NCBI GenBank assembly: GCA_951406725.2
Contig: OX597823.1
Coordinates: forward strand, 18,104,001-18,168,000
Source: Octopus vulgaris
Lineage: Eukaryota
Length of the DNA: 64,000 nucleotides
Reading direction: 5' to 3'
Below the pieces are notes generated by a model, which was not told where the DNA came from, did not search any database, and was given only the letters and a program-made list of their open reading frames with translations. The position numbers and the translations under genes were made by a program. The stretch's first letter is position 1; every line of letters starts with the position of its first letter. Positions 14,280-31,939 of this stretch are shown in pieces.

Positions 14280-14430
14280 GCTCGAAATGGAAAGTAGATA
14301 GACAGCCGACAACTGATGAAGGGTCCTTTCTCTATGTTTATTTGTCCTGTTCTCCAGTTTTTTCTCGTTGTTTACGTATTTAGCTGATTTGTTTACGCGT
14401 TTCATGTTGGTGATGTCCTGCACCCATATA
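14279..14430 (+). mobile_element. 5'-truncated copy of the PLE terminal repeat seen at 35370-35520
   Basis: TGCTCGAAA...CTGATGAAGGGTC...TCCTGCACCCATATA. Confidence 0.7.
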
Positions 14431-14498
<68 letters not shown>

Positions 14499-14639
14499 GG
14501 AGTAAGCACATAAACGGGAAACAAGGTGGAAAAAAGGGTTCTCAAATACCAGAGGTAGAATAATATGGTTTATTTAAAAACAGCAGAAATATTGTTATAT
14601 TTCTGCTGGTTTTAAATAAAGTATATATCTATATATATA

Positions 14640-17480
14640 ATAAAATATTAGGGAATAAATCCAAACTTACAGGGAAAAATCAGATTTAGGATTAAATCCA
14701 ATTTTATAGTATAAATATATTATATTATATTATATTATATTAAATTAGAGATAAAACCACTATTAGGCAAATCAAACAATGAAAAACATAAGCCAATACA
14801 TAAAATTAATTAATTTATATTATTTTAAATATATATCAAAAGTATTAAAAGTTTAATAAAAGATAAAGAGTAAAACACTACGATCGTTTCATGGCTGTAC
14901 AATTCGTAATAATTCGAGTTATGGTTACAGTCAATCTTCAGGTTAATTGAAATATCTAAAATATAATCAGAAATATTTAAACAATATTTTTAATATAATA
15001 ATTTTACTTATAATAAACTCTATTATCAATCTAGAAACATAAAACTTAACAATTATGATTATATCAAAATCGACTATAATGTTAAATATTAATTTTAATT
15101 TATAAGGTAGGAAACCCACCAATAATCTAATATCGGTATTAGTCTATATCTAATTGCATACATATTTTAAAATGACTAATATATATAAATTATCAATGAA
15201 AATATATAAATGTATATAAATATTAAGATCTAAATTAATCTCTATAAATAAATATATGCACATATAATAAAAACCTAATAAATTAATTTTTCATATTTAA
15301 AGATGAAATAGCTAATTTCAAAATACAACTAAACAAACTTAAACGAACTTTCGGAAATCTTATGTAAAATACTTATAGAAATAATCAATTCGTAGTAATA
15401 TAGTATCGAATAAATACTATAAATACTATAAATATAATTACCAATGGGAATAACTAGCGAATATCAATTTAAAGAAATAACTAAGTTATGCTATTAAATT
15501 GGACATGGCCTGGACCAATCTTTAGTCGAAACATATCTAAGTTTATCAAAGTTTATCTAATTTAATTATAAATTTAAAACTACAATTAATACTATTAAAA
15601 CATGTATATACAAAAGCCTAACTTTATACACCTCGTATGCTTGCTATCAAATAAATCTATCGCTAAGTAGTATTTTACAAATAAACTTAAATTTAATATC
15701 TAATAATATAGAAAATTACGATAATTAGATCATTACATAAACAACGATATTTACATAAGGAAAATATTATTACACCAAAGACTTATACAATATTAAAATT
15801 TACAATTTGAAAATCTTAAATATAAATAAATACTTATCTTAGCGAGGTTTAGCAATCAACTAAAATTTTGAATCGGAAAACGTCTTTACAGCGTTTATAA
15901 GAATACTCGTGGAATTACGTTATTAGCAAAAAAAAAGAATAAATTGTTAAAGAATTCATTAAGCGTGAGGAACCTACGCTTTATCAATGAGATTGTGAAT
16001 GGGAAAATTAATGGTTTATCATTGTAAATAGAATGAAGTCACAAATAAAGAATAAATTCTCTCTATACTATAATATTTATTAATAAAATAACTATGATAA
16101 ATAATACTTAATACAAAATAACTTAAATGATTTAAATGATTAAAAACCACTAATTATTAAATATATTCTAAAAATTTTATATGATTAATAAATATATTAA
16201 AAAATTTATTTATATAGTAACCCCTCATCATACTATAAAGTCTTTCCCATGCTCTTATAGTTATAAGCTAAAATTAGTGATCATAACCAAATCTATAAAT
16301 ACTTATCAAAATTTGTAGTATAACTATACATACGTATACATAAATATATAAAAATATACATACATATACATATATATACATATATATATATACATATATA
16401 TATATACATATATATATATACATACATACACATATACATACACATATACACATACATGCACACATACATACATATACATATATACACACATATATAACCA
16501 CACATACACACATACACATATGCACACACATACATACATGTACATACATACAATACTCAATATATACACATACACCTATATACACACACACACATAAATA
16601 AATGTATATACATATACATATATATACACGCACATCAACATATACACACAACCACATATATCATATAATAAATACATATATAAATGTCTATATTCATACT
16701 ACAATACAAAATAGAGGTAAATATTAAGTTAAATCTAAATAATTAATCTACTAATCTATACTTCTATATTAAATAAAATAGATTAAATAAACAACTAAAT
16801 AAATCTATTTCAAATATAAAGAGATTACATACAAATAGATTAATATAACAAAATTATAATTTAACGAAGTTATAACAGAAATATAACAAAATATATAAAA
16901 TAAATAAAATTGTAACTTACCAGACTCTATATTCAATAAATCATTAAATATTTATTAAAAATATATTTGGTAATATAATATTTAGTAATAAAATGAACAA
17001 CTATATATAATCTAACTATAATTAAAAACAGAACCTAAATAACTAAAATAAACTAATATAATAAGTACTACAAATCACCTGCTATATTTAGAATACTATT
17101 ACATAAAACAACAAATATGGAGCTAATTAAGGCTAAGAAATATTCATTATTTATCAAGAAATTTATTATATAAGTAAAGTAACTTGTGTCTGCATTTTAT
17201 TTTGCGCTCGTCACAGATATTCACAAAATTATCATGCTTATAAAATAAAATTTCCTTAAACTCATTTGAACATAAATAACAAAAATTCGCTCCTATACTA
17301 TATGATTTAGCCTTATTAATTATTTCCCAAGATAAATTATAATTAATATTTTGGGATTTAAGTCCCCAAATGTACTTACTAAGTCCAGTGGAGTTAATTA
17401 AGTTTTTATTTTTAAATGAATGCATATGCTGTGCGATTCTTAATTTTATTTTAGAGGAAGTGGACCCTATATATATACAT
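14640..17480 (-). mobile_element. Penelope-like element 3' part: GIY-YIG endonuclease C-terminus plus long AT-rich tail with HHR
   Basis: YIGSTS..IKLRIAQH..STGLSKYIW..WEII..CYLC..E..CRHK (17147-17480); hammerhead-like motif at 14875-14947; tail extent is approximate. Confidence 0.75.
14875..14947 (-). ncRNA. Minimal hammerhead-like motif
   Basis: CTGAAGA T TGACTGTA...TACAGCCA T GAAAC GATC GTA; stem I weak. Confidence 0.55.
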
Positions 17481-17489
17481 ACATACATA

Positions 17490-18285
17490 AGGGTTGGATA
17501 AAATAAAATTTCAAACAAATTTATTTTAATATGGGGTAGGACCGTCTTTGGCATTAATTACACATTCAAACACAGATTGAATTCTTCGAGGTATGGACTC
17601 GTACAAAGTTTGAACTGTTTCCGAAGGAAATTTTGTCCATTCTTTAGCTAAAATAGTCTCCATTTCATGTAGTGATGATGGTGGAGGGTATCGACTCCTT
17701 ACTTGTTTTCCTAAAATGCACCATAAATGTTCTATAATATTCAGATCTGGGGACTGTGGTGGCCAGATAAGATGTTCAACTTCACTAGAATGTTCCGCGT
17801 GCCATTCAGTAATAAATTTAGCTGTGTGAATTGGTGCATTATCATCCTGAAAGCTTGCATTTCCCTCCGGAAACAGTTCCGCAACCATAGAATGAATTTG
17901 ATCAGATAAAATGCTTAAATAGTCTTGACTATCAATTCTGCCATGAAGGGAAACCATTGAGCCGGCGGATTTCCAAGATATAGGGCCTCCCCCCCACCTC
18001 AGATCATCACAGATCCTCCTCCATGTTTAACAGTTGGAAGATGGCAGTCTGGCTCAAATGTTTCTTTTGGCTGTCTCCACGCGCATACTCGTCCGGTGGT
18101 CAGAAATAAGGTAAACTATGACTCGTCCGAGAAAATAAGTCTTCCACTGCTGTAGGGGCCAATTCTGTAGGTTTTTGTTCCACTCTAAATGCTTTGCAAC
18201 GTTTGTTTTTGAAAGTAGTGGTTTTCTGTTGTCACCCCCTCCTGTGAAATCCGGCTTTGTGCAGCACCCGGCGAACAGTTTTACC
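17490..18285 (-). mobile_element. Tc1 (DD34E) transposase relic
   Basis: IFSDES near 18125, FQDDNAPIH, WPPQSPDLNIIEHLW, GPTPY end; frameshifted. Confidence 0.9.
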
Positions 18286-18299
18286 TAGCTCGCCGCCTT

Positions 18300-18893
18300 C
18301 GATAGAATAAGTACTAGGCTTACAGAATCGTTGGCACGCCGGGCGAAATGTTTAACGGTATTTTGTCTGTCTTTACGTTCTGAGTTCAAATTCCGTGAGG
18401 TCGACTTTGCTTTTCATCCTTTCAGAGTTGATAAAATAAGTACCAGTTGAACACTGGGGTCCTATGTAATTGACTCACCCTAAACTGCCCTTGTGTAGTA
18501 GTACTTATTCTATCGAATCGTTTTTGTCGAACCGCTAAGTGACGGGAACGTAAGCAAGTCAACATCGGTTGTCAAGCGATGGTGGGGGCTGGGGCAAATA
18601 CAGGCACAAATAACAAATACATACATACACATATATACATTTGTATACATATACGACGGGTTTCTTTTCAGTTTCCGCCTACCAAATCCGCTCACAAAGC
18701 TTTGGTGGGCCCGAGGCAATGGTAGAAGACACTTGCCCAAAGTGCCACGTAGTGGGACTGAACCCGGAACCATGTAATTGGGAAGCAATCATCTTATCAC
18801 ACGGAATTCTTTGCCGAACTGCTATGTTACGGGAAGGTAAACACACCAACATCGGTTGTCAAGCGATGATCGGGGGGGGGGTGACAAATACAT

Positions 18894-18934
<41 letters not shown>

Positions 18935-19097
18935 CAACGGGCTTCTTTTCAGTTTCCGTCCATCAAATTCATTCACAAGGGTTTGGTCGTTCCGAGCATA
19001 TAGTAGAAGACACTTGCGCAGGGTGTCACACTGTGGGACTGAACCCGGAATCATGTGGTTGGGAAGCAAGCTTCTTACTACCCAACCATACTGCACC
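18300..19097. mobile_element. SINE cluster: family B (+, 18320-18493) and two family C copies (-, 18500-18800 and 18806-19097)
   Basis: Sequence similarity to the other copies in the window. Confidence 0.75.
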
Positions 19098-19756
19098 TGT
19101 ATATATGTATATATACAGGTTTGTGTATGTGTTTGTAAAATATATATTATCATTAAATTTTGAAGATAAGGACTCTTTTTAGGAGACGAGTCAGTTTATC
19201 AACCGAGTCTATCGTCAATATTGTTACGCCTCCTTCCTCCAAACGGGAAGGAAGAGCTATTTTCATCCTACTTGTGGCTATGACGAAAGAATGTATCTGG
19301 TGGACGCGTCTGAAAAGATTATAGACAAATACTTTCCTCTCTGGTCAATGTCTCATCAACTAAACACTACAAACAAGGGAGATAACTCCACTAACATCAG
19401 TAAATGAGAATTTTGGCAAACACGGACAATGTAATACTGAGTACGGGCGCGTTTGTATGTATGTATGTGTGCATGTGTGTATACATGTGTGTATACATGT
19501 ATGTGTGCATTTGTGTGTGTTTGTGGGGGTGATCACTAGTGTAAAGAGTGTTCGTCCTTACATGAGGTCGGCAATTGTCTATGGGGAACATGTAAATTAA
19601 AAACACACCAACAAACGGACAAACATAAGCACAAACAAACGCACAACAACAAGAGCAATAATAAATTTAAGTAATTTAAATGAAATAACGAAACAAAATG
19701 CTGTGTCGCATATAAATATTGTCATCTCAGCAACATATGTACAAGTATTATGCATC

Positions 19757-19801
<45 letters not shown>

Positions 19802-20493
19802 TTGAGTGTGTGTGACTGTCTGTCTATATATATGTATATGTATGTATGTGTATATATATATATATGTATGTATGTATATATGTATATGTATATATTTACG
19901 TATCTATGTATGTGTGTGTATATATATATGTATGTATGTATTTATATGTGTATATATATATATACAAATATTAATTGACTATATGGTGTTTGTGTGAGTG
20001 TGTGAGTGTGTGTGTGTGTGTGTAACTGTATTTACACACATACATAGCTAGTTAATTCATTGGATGTATTTATTTAGTGAAACATTCTTAATTAAATTAT
20101 GAGTGTTAGGTGTGAGTGTGGGGAGGGGGTATAGGACTAAGAATGATAGAATAAAGGAGAGTGAGGGGGAGGGTGTGTATGTATGTGTATGTCTCTCCCT
20201 CTTTCCGGCTTCCTCCTTCTTTAGCACCACCTCCCCCCATTATGTCGTCCATAAATAATCTCTCTCTCTCTCCCTCTCTCTCTCTCTCTATCTCTCTCTT
20301 TCTCTCTTTCTCTCACTACCCATCCTTCCCTTTCTTTCCTCTGGTGGGTTCTAACACATAGGGAACTGCGGCATGTCCCAAATTTAATCCCGTACACGCA
20401 TTATATACACGCACACTCACACATACATACGCTTGGGGGCGCGTACACACTCGCGCGCACACAAGCATGCACACAAGTGTAAGAGAAAGGATA

Positions 20494-21313
<820 letters not shown>

Positions 21314-21332
21314 GTGTGTGTATATGTATATG

Positions 21333-21374
<42 letters not shown>

Positions 21375-22002
21375 CGTGTATATATGTGTCTGTGTTTGCG
21401 TGTGTGTATGCATTGTGTATGTGCTTGTGTGTGTGCGTGTCTGTCTGTATGTGTGTGAGTGTGTGAAAGAGTGAGATGAGCTGGCGTTGAAGTGGTGCGG
21501 ATTAACGTAAAATGTAATTATGTACGATGCTGTTGTATAATAATGTATGTCTTTACGTCAATGTGTGACTGTATGTGTGTATGTGTGTGTGTGTGTGTGT
21601 GCGTGTGCGTGTGAGTGTGTGAGAGTGTGTATGCTTGTCTGTATTTGTGTGTGTGTGTGTCTGCGTTTGCCAGTCTCTGTCTGTGAGTGATTCTTTTCGT
21701 ATGTGTATGGCGCTCCTTGATTCAGAGGTTATTATGACCGGCTCAGTATCAAAGTCGTAAAGAGAAGTTAGGAAATCCAAGTATACAAGATAACAAAGTT
21801 ATTCTCTTTATCCTTCGTGCAACCAGTCATCCCTTAAATTCTAAAAGTTTCCCAGATCTCTATTGTCCCTCTTATCAAGATCATCGCCAGCGTTTATGAT
21901 TAAGGAGCTACCATCTTTCACCAAGAATCCCTATTCAACTATACTTTGAAGAATGCAGGCTTGTGCAGACGTACATACCAACATACATACGTACGTGCAT
22001 AC

Positions 22003-22048
<46 letters not shown>

Positions 22049-22112
22049 ACACACATACACACACACGCGCGCGCACACACATACACACACATATGTAATG
22101 GTGTTTATCGTA

Positions 22113-22338
22113 TTTCTTTATTGCCCACAAGGGGCTAAACATAGAGGGGACAAACAAAGACAGACAGAGGGATTAAGACGATTAGATCGACCCCAGTGCG
22201 TAACTGGTACTTAATTTATCGACCCCGAAAGGATGAAAGGCAAAGTCGACCTCGGCGGAATTTGAACTCAGAACGTAGCGGCAGACGAAATACTGCTAAG
22301 CATTTCGCCCGGCGTGCTAACGTTTCTGCCAGCTCGCC
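22113..22338 (-). mobile_element. SINE family B, full length
   Basis: GGCGAGCTGGCAGAAACGTTAGCACGCCGGGCG head through to the CAATAAAGAAA tail. Confidence 0.85.
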
Positions 22339-22632
22339 TTATCTTAATATCTCATATATAAGACCATAATTCAATTCGATTTAAAAAATGACCATATCAC
22401 CTTCAACTGAATACCAACGCAGGAAGCTTGTTTGGACTAGTTTACTTTGAACACTTCGTAAGTGATGGACTTTTGATAAAATTGCAGCGACTAGGATGCA
22501 TAATTGCATATAGAGCAATGTGCAGTTGCTGCAGTAGAAACATATGTTGGTCATTGTTATATATGCCGTAGAAAAATTTTCAATAAAAAAGCTTTGGATG
22601 TGAATAAATGTTCACTCTCCTCTTGTTTTTCA

Positions 22633-22720
<88 letters not shown>

Positions 22721-22729
22721 GATAAAGAA

Positions 22730-25311
<2,582 letters not shown>

Positions 25312-25442
25312 CAATCAGAATGAATATTTAACATTCTACTATTTCATTTTATTTTATTCAATTATAATATATTATCTTATAATATATCATTATAAGATTG
25401 TAAATAAAACGTGAAAATCAGACAAGGTTGGAATTCTTTTTA

Positions 25443-26007
<565 letters not shown>

Positions 26008-26349
26008 ATATATATATATATATCACGTGATCACGTGACCGACCAGTCCATCAGATGTAGTTACACATTTAATCAATATAAGGGTAGCAAAAAATTCAAT
26101 AGAAATTTTTTTCGCCACCAGCGGTCTAGTGAGAAAGAGAAAATAGTCAAAAGACTATATAATATACATTCAACAATAATATTACGGAATGGCCTTAATA
26201 GTCCATTCAACTCACTAAAACGAGCAGCTATACTCAAACCGCTAAATAGTAGTAATTCAGAAATCAAAGGAAAATTAAAAACATTAATATTGTTGAATAT
26301 ATATATATATAAATATATTGCATTACAAGTCACCACGTGGGAATAATCG

Positions 26350-27790
26350 AAATTTTCTTCTCTTTTCTTAATACATTTTGTTATTTGGAATAGTAGATTC
26401 TTCATGTTTATAGATTTCTTTTTCCTCATTCTTATCACGTTGACTCCAAAAAGCATGTTTATATTTTGTGGTCACAAACGACAATACCGGGTTGGTTCTG
26501 TTTTAATTTGATTGCCATTTCAATTCTCATGTTTCCCTGATATAAATTTGATCTATAATTCTCAATATGATCGTCTTTATTCTTTTTATTTTTATCATTC
26601 TTGCTCAATTTCAGATTGCTCCGACCACGACATAATGCCTTATGAGAAGCTAGTATCTAAAGAACACTGTTACATAGTTGGCATTCTTTTCCTTTTTTGC
26701 TTAGCACAATGGTTAATGCTTTCTGTCTTTTATACGCTGAGGGTGCTTTGGTTTCTGTCTTTCTGAGGGTGTTTTGGGTTGCAATTTTTTGTCACTGGAT
26801 TGCGATTGCATGGAGGTAATATTCATGGTAAGATGTTATAAACTTGACATTCCAGTCTTTAAGCGGTATATTTCCTTTATGGTCTTTGTCGTTTCAACTA
26901 CCCTTCCACAGCCTTCTCAGTGAGTTGGTCCAGATTTCCTTTTGGTATTGCATTATGTCGTAGTCGGAGCAATCTGAAATTGAGCAAGAATGATAAAAAT
27001 AAAAAAAATAAAGACGATCATATTGAGAATTATAGATCAAAATTATATCAGTGAGAATTGAAACGGCAATCAAATTAAACAGAACCAACCTGATATTGTC
27101 GTTTCTGACCACAAAATATAAACATGCTTTTTGGAGTCAATGTGATAGGAAAAATACATGAGAAAAAAGAAATCTATAAACATGAAGAATCTACTTAAAT
27201 AAGCCTTCGAATGTTGCATGGGGAGAGATCAATTTTTGTTGTTCGTTTTATTATTTTTTAATGTTACACCTCAGGTTTATTTGCTGCTTTAATAACTATT
27301 TATTTCCGTTCTTGCAAATTTGAGTAAGACTTAAATCCATGGTTGTCTTCTTACTTATTCCTGGATTACCTGGCGGTAGTCTTCAAGATGATCCTACAAA
27401 CGTATCACTACTCCATGCTAGACTTTTAGCGTGGTTTACTCCCTCTTTGGTCTTCATTTTTAGTGTCAAGTCTCCATATAAAACCTTCTCAATTAAGTGA
27501 GTTTATTATTTTGCTGTTGCATTCAAAAGAATTTTTAATGTTACTTAAACAGAGATTTGTGTCAAACTTTGCTTCAAACTTTGCCTCAGATTTACTAGTT
27601 ACATTTACGAGGTTTTCATTTTCGTGTCCCTAAACTTGAGCAGGGTTGTTGTTGAGCCTTCTCTCTGCTGGAGATGTTGTTTCAGTGTTTCAGTCCAGGG
27701 CTCATGAGATGTTAATGTAGATTGAACGCCAGGGCCACCCTCCTCGCGTGGGAAATAAAATCTGTCAGCTTTACCATTGATGTTTAAATT
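26350..27790 (-). mobile_element. Heavily decayed R4/Dong-like fragment with an internal inverted duplication
   Basis: GKADRFYFPREEGG near 27750, KECQLC near 26680, IKQN.PDIVV.D.K..CF; 26391-26640 is mirrored at 26950-27193. Confidence 0.6.
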
Positions 27791-28510
27791 CTAGTGCGTG
27801 CTTATAGATATACATTCATGTATGTATTTATGTATATATTCATGCATATGTGTGTGCGTGTATATATGTGTGTTCCTTCTTCTTCTTCATTCTTTAAATT
27901 CTTCCTAAAGAGTGGACTAGTTTCTGACTAAAAAAACAAATTTCAGTCATTATAATTTAGTTAGGTATAAAGTTACATCTCAAAAATCACTTAATCACAT
28001 TACCGGGTGGTGCACATAATTTTGAGTGGAAATGTAATTTATTATCTAAGGAGAGTAGTAATAAGTTTCGAAGTAGTCGGCCATCAATATTCCCTCTATC
28101 GCTAACTTTTAATTAAATGTTCGCATCTACAGATTAGCTAGCGTTTATTCATAGATATTTAATGTTCAAACAGCATTTACGATGTCTGTTATATTTTGTA
28201 TTTAATGAGGGTTTTACCTTCCTGCTCTTTACGTTCTAAGCTCAAATCTGCCCGAGGTCACCTTTACATTTCATCCGGAGTTGATGAAATAAAGTACTAG
28301 GCAAAAACTGGAGTCGATGATATCGACTACCCACCCCTACCCCTCAAAATTGCTGACCTTATGTCTAAAGTAGAAGCCACTGTCTATTCTGTTGAGTACA
28401 CAAATATGCTTCGGCGTGGACGGAATGCCATGGGACAACGAAAATGTTTGGTTGCTGTTCTCATGGCATTCCACCCAATGGAACGTTTCGCACAGAGCGA
28501 TTCAAGAGTA

Positions 28511-29071
28511 TTAAGTTGTCCGGAAAGTTCGTGTCGATTTATAGCAGCTTACCTTTCGACTTATTTTAGAACATGGTTGAGTTCATAAAATAGGATTTAA
28601 CTACACCGCCTTTTAGAGCACAGTTTAAGCTTTCGTGGAAGAAGGTTTATGTTCTTATAACCAGTGTTAATTCTGTAACCCTTTAAAATGGAAGATAAGA
28701 AAGTTCCTTTTCGGCACTTCACGTTTTGGGAACCAGACAAAAATTGCTGCAGCTTGGCTGGGATGTGTTACCCCAACCTCCATATTCACCAGATGTTGCT
28801 CCTTCGGATTTCCACTTATTCAGGTCTCTGCAGAATAGTCTTAGTGGTAAAAATTTCAATTCCTTGGATGACGTAAAAAGATACCTTGATGAATTCTTTG
28901 CCATGAAAGCACCTCAATTCTGGGAAGAGGGTATTTTCAAGTTAAAGGAAAGATGGAGACGCATTGTGCAATAAAATGGTTCATATTTGGTTGATTAAAA
29001 ATATAATGGCGAGTATTTATTGACCTTTTTCTTTCCTTTAAAAATCGGTACGAACTTTCTGGATAACCCAA
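28511..29071 (+). mobile_element. Internally deleted mariner element
   Basis: ~30-bp imperfect TIRs (TTAAGTTGTCCGGAAAGTTCGTGTCGATTT / AAATCGGTACGAACTTTCTGGATAACCCAA), TA on both sides, N-terminus MEDKKVPFRH joined to YSPDVAPSDFHLFRSLQN. Confidence 0.9.
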
Positions 29072-29099
29072 TACTTTTGGCATTTTATATATCCTTTAT

Positions 29100-29980
29100 A
29101 TGTGAAAGGATTTCTAAATCATCCTGCATATTGTTTTAGCAACATCTTACCTTAAAGAAAGGCATTTGAACAGCTTCCTACCTCACGTGTCATATCGTTG
29201 GTTAATCGAGATATACGGTTGCATCTTCAGGCTTTCAATACTTACCTGTCTTTTGATCAAAGTTTTTAGTACTTGTTAATTACTCTGGGAATGCAAAAGC
29301 ATAGTCTTAGAAGTGCAAGTGATGTAACGATTACAGAAGTTAGAGATTCCTGTTGTTGTGAACATAATTTTCAAGATTCCGAGTAATATACTCAGCCTTG
29401 CAATTACCTTTAGATGATTTGCAGAATGTTTCGCCGCTAGATTTTACTTAGGTATGTTTTCCATCATCGACTACAAACGGTTTACCGGGGAGTTCACCCA
29501 TCTTATGTTGCTCATCTTAGACTGGTTGAGATAGTTGTTTTCACTGTTGTTAAGCAGATATTGTCTAAGTGATACAATACGACACTCAAATGATGTCTGA
29601 ACTTTCATACGTCTCTTTCCTTTGCTGTCACTTTGAAAGTAGAGTTTGTTGATGTAGCTATTTCATAATTCAATTTCATAATTCAATCCGGTTACTAATA
29701 AAGTGATCCATTTCCAGGTGCTACAGTTTACCCGCGAGTACCAAAGAGTAACATTTTCTAAGGCTTCTAATTCCTTGTACGTTGTGCATCGCTACAAGAG
29801 GTCTTCATAGCAGACAAGTATTTATTCTCTTTCTTGGTTCATTGTTGATCCGTTTCAGATCATTTCAGCTGTGATCGAAGCTGCAGATAAAAAGATTGGG
29901 AAGTACAGTAATCAAAGCAACCCTAGTTGAAGCAGATGGCCATTATCGATTTCAGTACACGATAACAGAGAGCGAGTAAG
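29100..29980 (-). pseudogene. Possible highly decayed LINE RT remnant
   Basis: Faint GVPQGT-like segment near 29730 and VDD-like segment near 29465 in the expected order; no clean frame. Confidence 0.3.
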
Positions 29981-30415
29981 TCTCAGTGTTCTGTATGTAG
30001 ACAGTGTTTATGCAGCTGTGTTCTGTATGTATTGTTCCATATGAAATGTGTGCATGTGCGGGCGCGTGTGCAGTGGTGTTGTCTATGCAGTGCGTATCTA
30101 TTTGTGCAACAATGTTCTGCATGTGGAGGATATGTGTTTATGTAGCTGTGTTCCTTATGAGTGTATATATGTGTATACAGCTGGGGTCTTTTTGTAAAGT
30201 ATGTATGTGTATGCAACTGTGATTTCTTTTTCTATGTGTGGTATATATGTGTTCTGCGTTTAGTATGCATTATGTGTGTATGTACAGGTGCATACCCTAT
30301 GTGGTCTGTTCAAAGTGTGTATGTCTGTGCAGTTGACACTTATTATGTTGCTGTCGCTGTTGTTTAACTCTTACTCAGCCATTGTCGTTCAAATGTATTC
30401 CTGCCGTGACCATAT

Positions 30416-30815
30416 AGGCGCAGGAGTGGCTGTTTGGTAAGTAGCTTGCTAACCAACCACATGGTTCCGGGTTCAGTCCCACTGCGTGGCATCTTGGGCA
30501 CGTGTCTTCTGCTATAGCCCCGGGCCGACCAATGCCTTGTGAGTGGATTTGGTAGACGGAAACTGAAAGAAGCCTGTCGTATATATGTATATATATATAT
30601 ATAGTGTGTGTGAATATGTTTGTGTGTCTGTGTTTGTTCCCCTAGCATTGCTTGACAACCGATGCTGGTGTGTTTACGTCCCCGTCACTTAGCGGTTCGG
30701 CAAAAGAGACCGATAGAATAAGTACTGGGCTTACAAAGAATAAGTCCCGGGGTTGATTTGCTCGACTAAAGGCGGTGCTCCAGCATGGCCGCAGTCAGAT
30801 GACTGAAACAAGTAA
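30416..30815 (+). mobile_element. SINE family C (tRNA head, CORE-like TTGGGCA segment, CR1-like tail), full length
   Basis: GGCGCAGGAGTGGCTGT..GGTAAG..GGTTCAGTCCC head; tail GGCGGTGCTCCAGCATGGCCGCAGTC..ACTGAAACAAG followed by an A run. Confidence 0.85.
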
Positions 30816-31161
30816 AAAAAAAAAAAAAATACCGTCTTTTTCCTGCATATCGTGCGCCTAGGATCACGTTTTCCAATGTGTCCTTACTTTCTGAAGCAGG
30901 GCAGTGCAATCTGACGATTTGGTTGCTATTTCTTGCAATTCAAGTAACTTTACAGAGACTACATGTGTGTATGTGTGTGTCTGTGTGTGTGTGTGTGCGT
31001 GCGTGCGTGCTTGTAATATGTATATATATATATATATATAGGAAAAATGGGGTAAATGTTTTTATTTTTCATTCCCTTTCAGAATTACAACTATTAGTGG
31101 CTTGGAGTTTTAACTGCACTTTCTAGTGAGTCAGATATCCTATTATCGGTTATCTCTTATG

Positions 31162-31272
<111 letters not shown>

Positions 31273-31939
31273 ATACTTGTATATTCATATATGTATATGT
31301 GTATATATGTTTGTATATGCTTCTGTATGTCAGTCTGTACATTTATATAAATGAGTACAAGAGTCAGAAGAGGAAAGGCAAAATTAAGAACAAGATTTTC
31401 GAGACAAGATTTTCGTTGGAACGTAATGTTTGGAGCTGTTCCTAGGAAAGACCTCTGATTTTCAGTATAATTTCATTGAATGATTTTTAATACGATATCT
31501 CTGGTTGAAGGGTTACGACCTGAGCTGTTATGAGACCATAGTTGTAAGCAGTAGCCCAACCTACTCAAAACCAACAGTTAAATTAGTAGAGCCGTTAGAG
31601 CGTCGGGAAGAATGCGTTGGAGTATTTGTTCCCAATCTCTGCGATCTAAATTCAAACCCATACTTTATTTTTATTTCTTTCAAGATTGATAAAGCAAAAA
31701 GTACCAATCCAGGGACAGTAAGGTCTGGCCTAATGCTTTGTAGTTTCTGTCCCGGTATTTTGCGTTCTGAGTTCAAATACTGCCGTGGATACTTGAGTGG
31801 CAGACTTCATCTATTTCCCAGTGTACCACAGCCTCCTGATAACACTGAAGAAGTAAAGTCACGCCGAAACACCATTTCTGGCAGTGTGCCGATATCACTT
31901 GGGTCCCAGCTCGATGTGTTTTTAAACATAAAAAATTTC

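Noticed and set aside
29726-29736. GTTTACCCGCG, resembling the missing downstream half of the 28S break
   Set aside because: Only 11 nt, with non-rRNA flanks.
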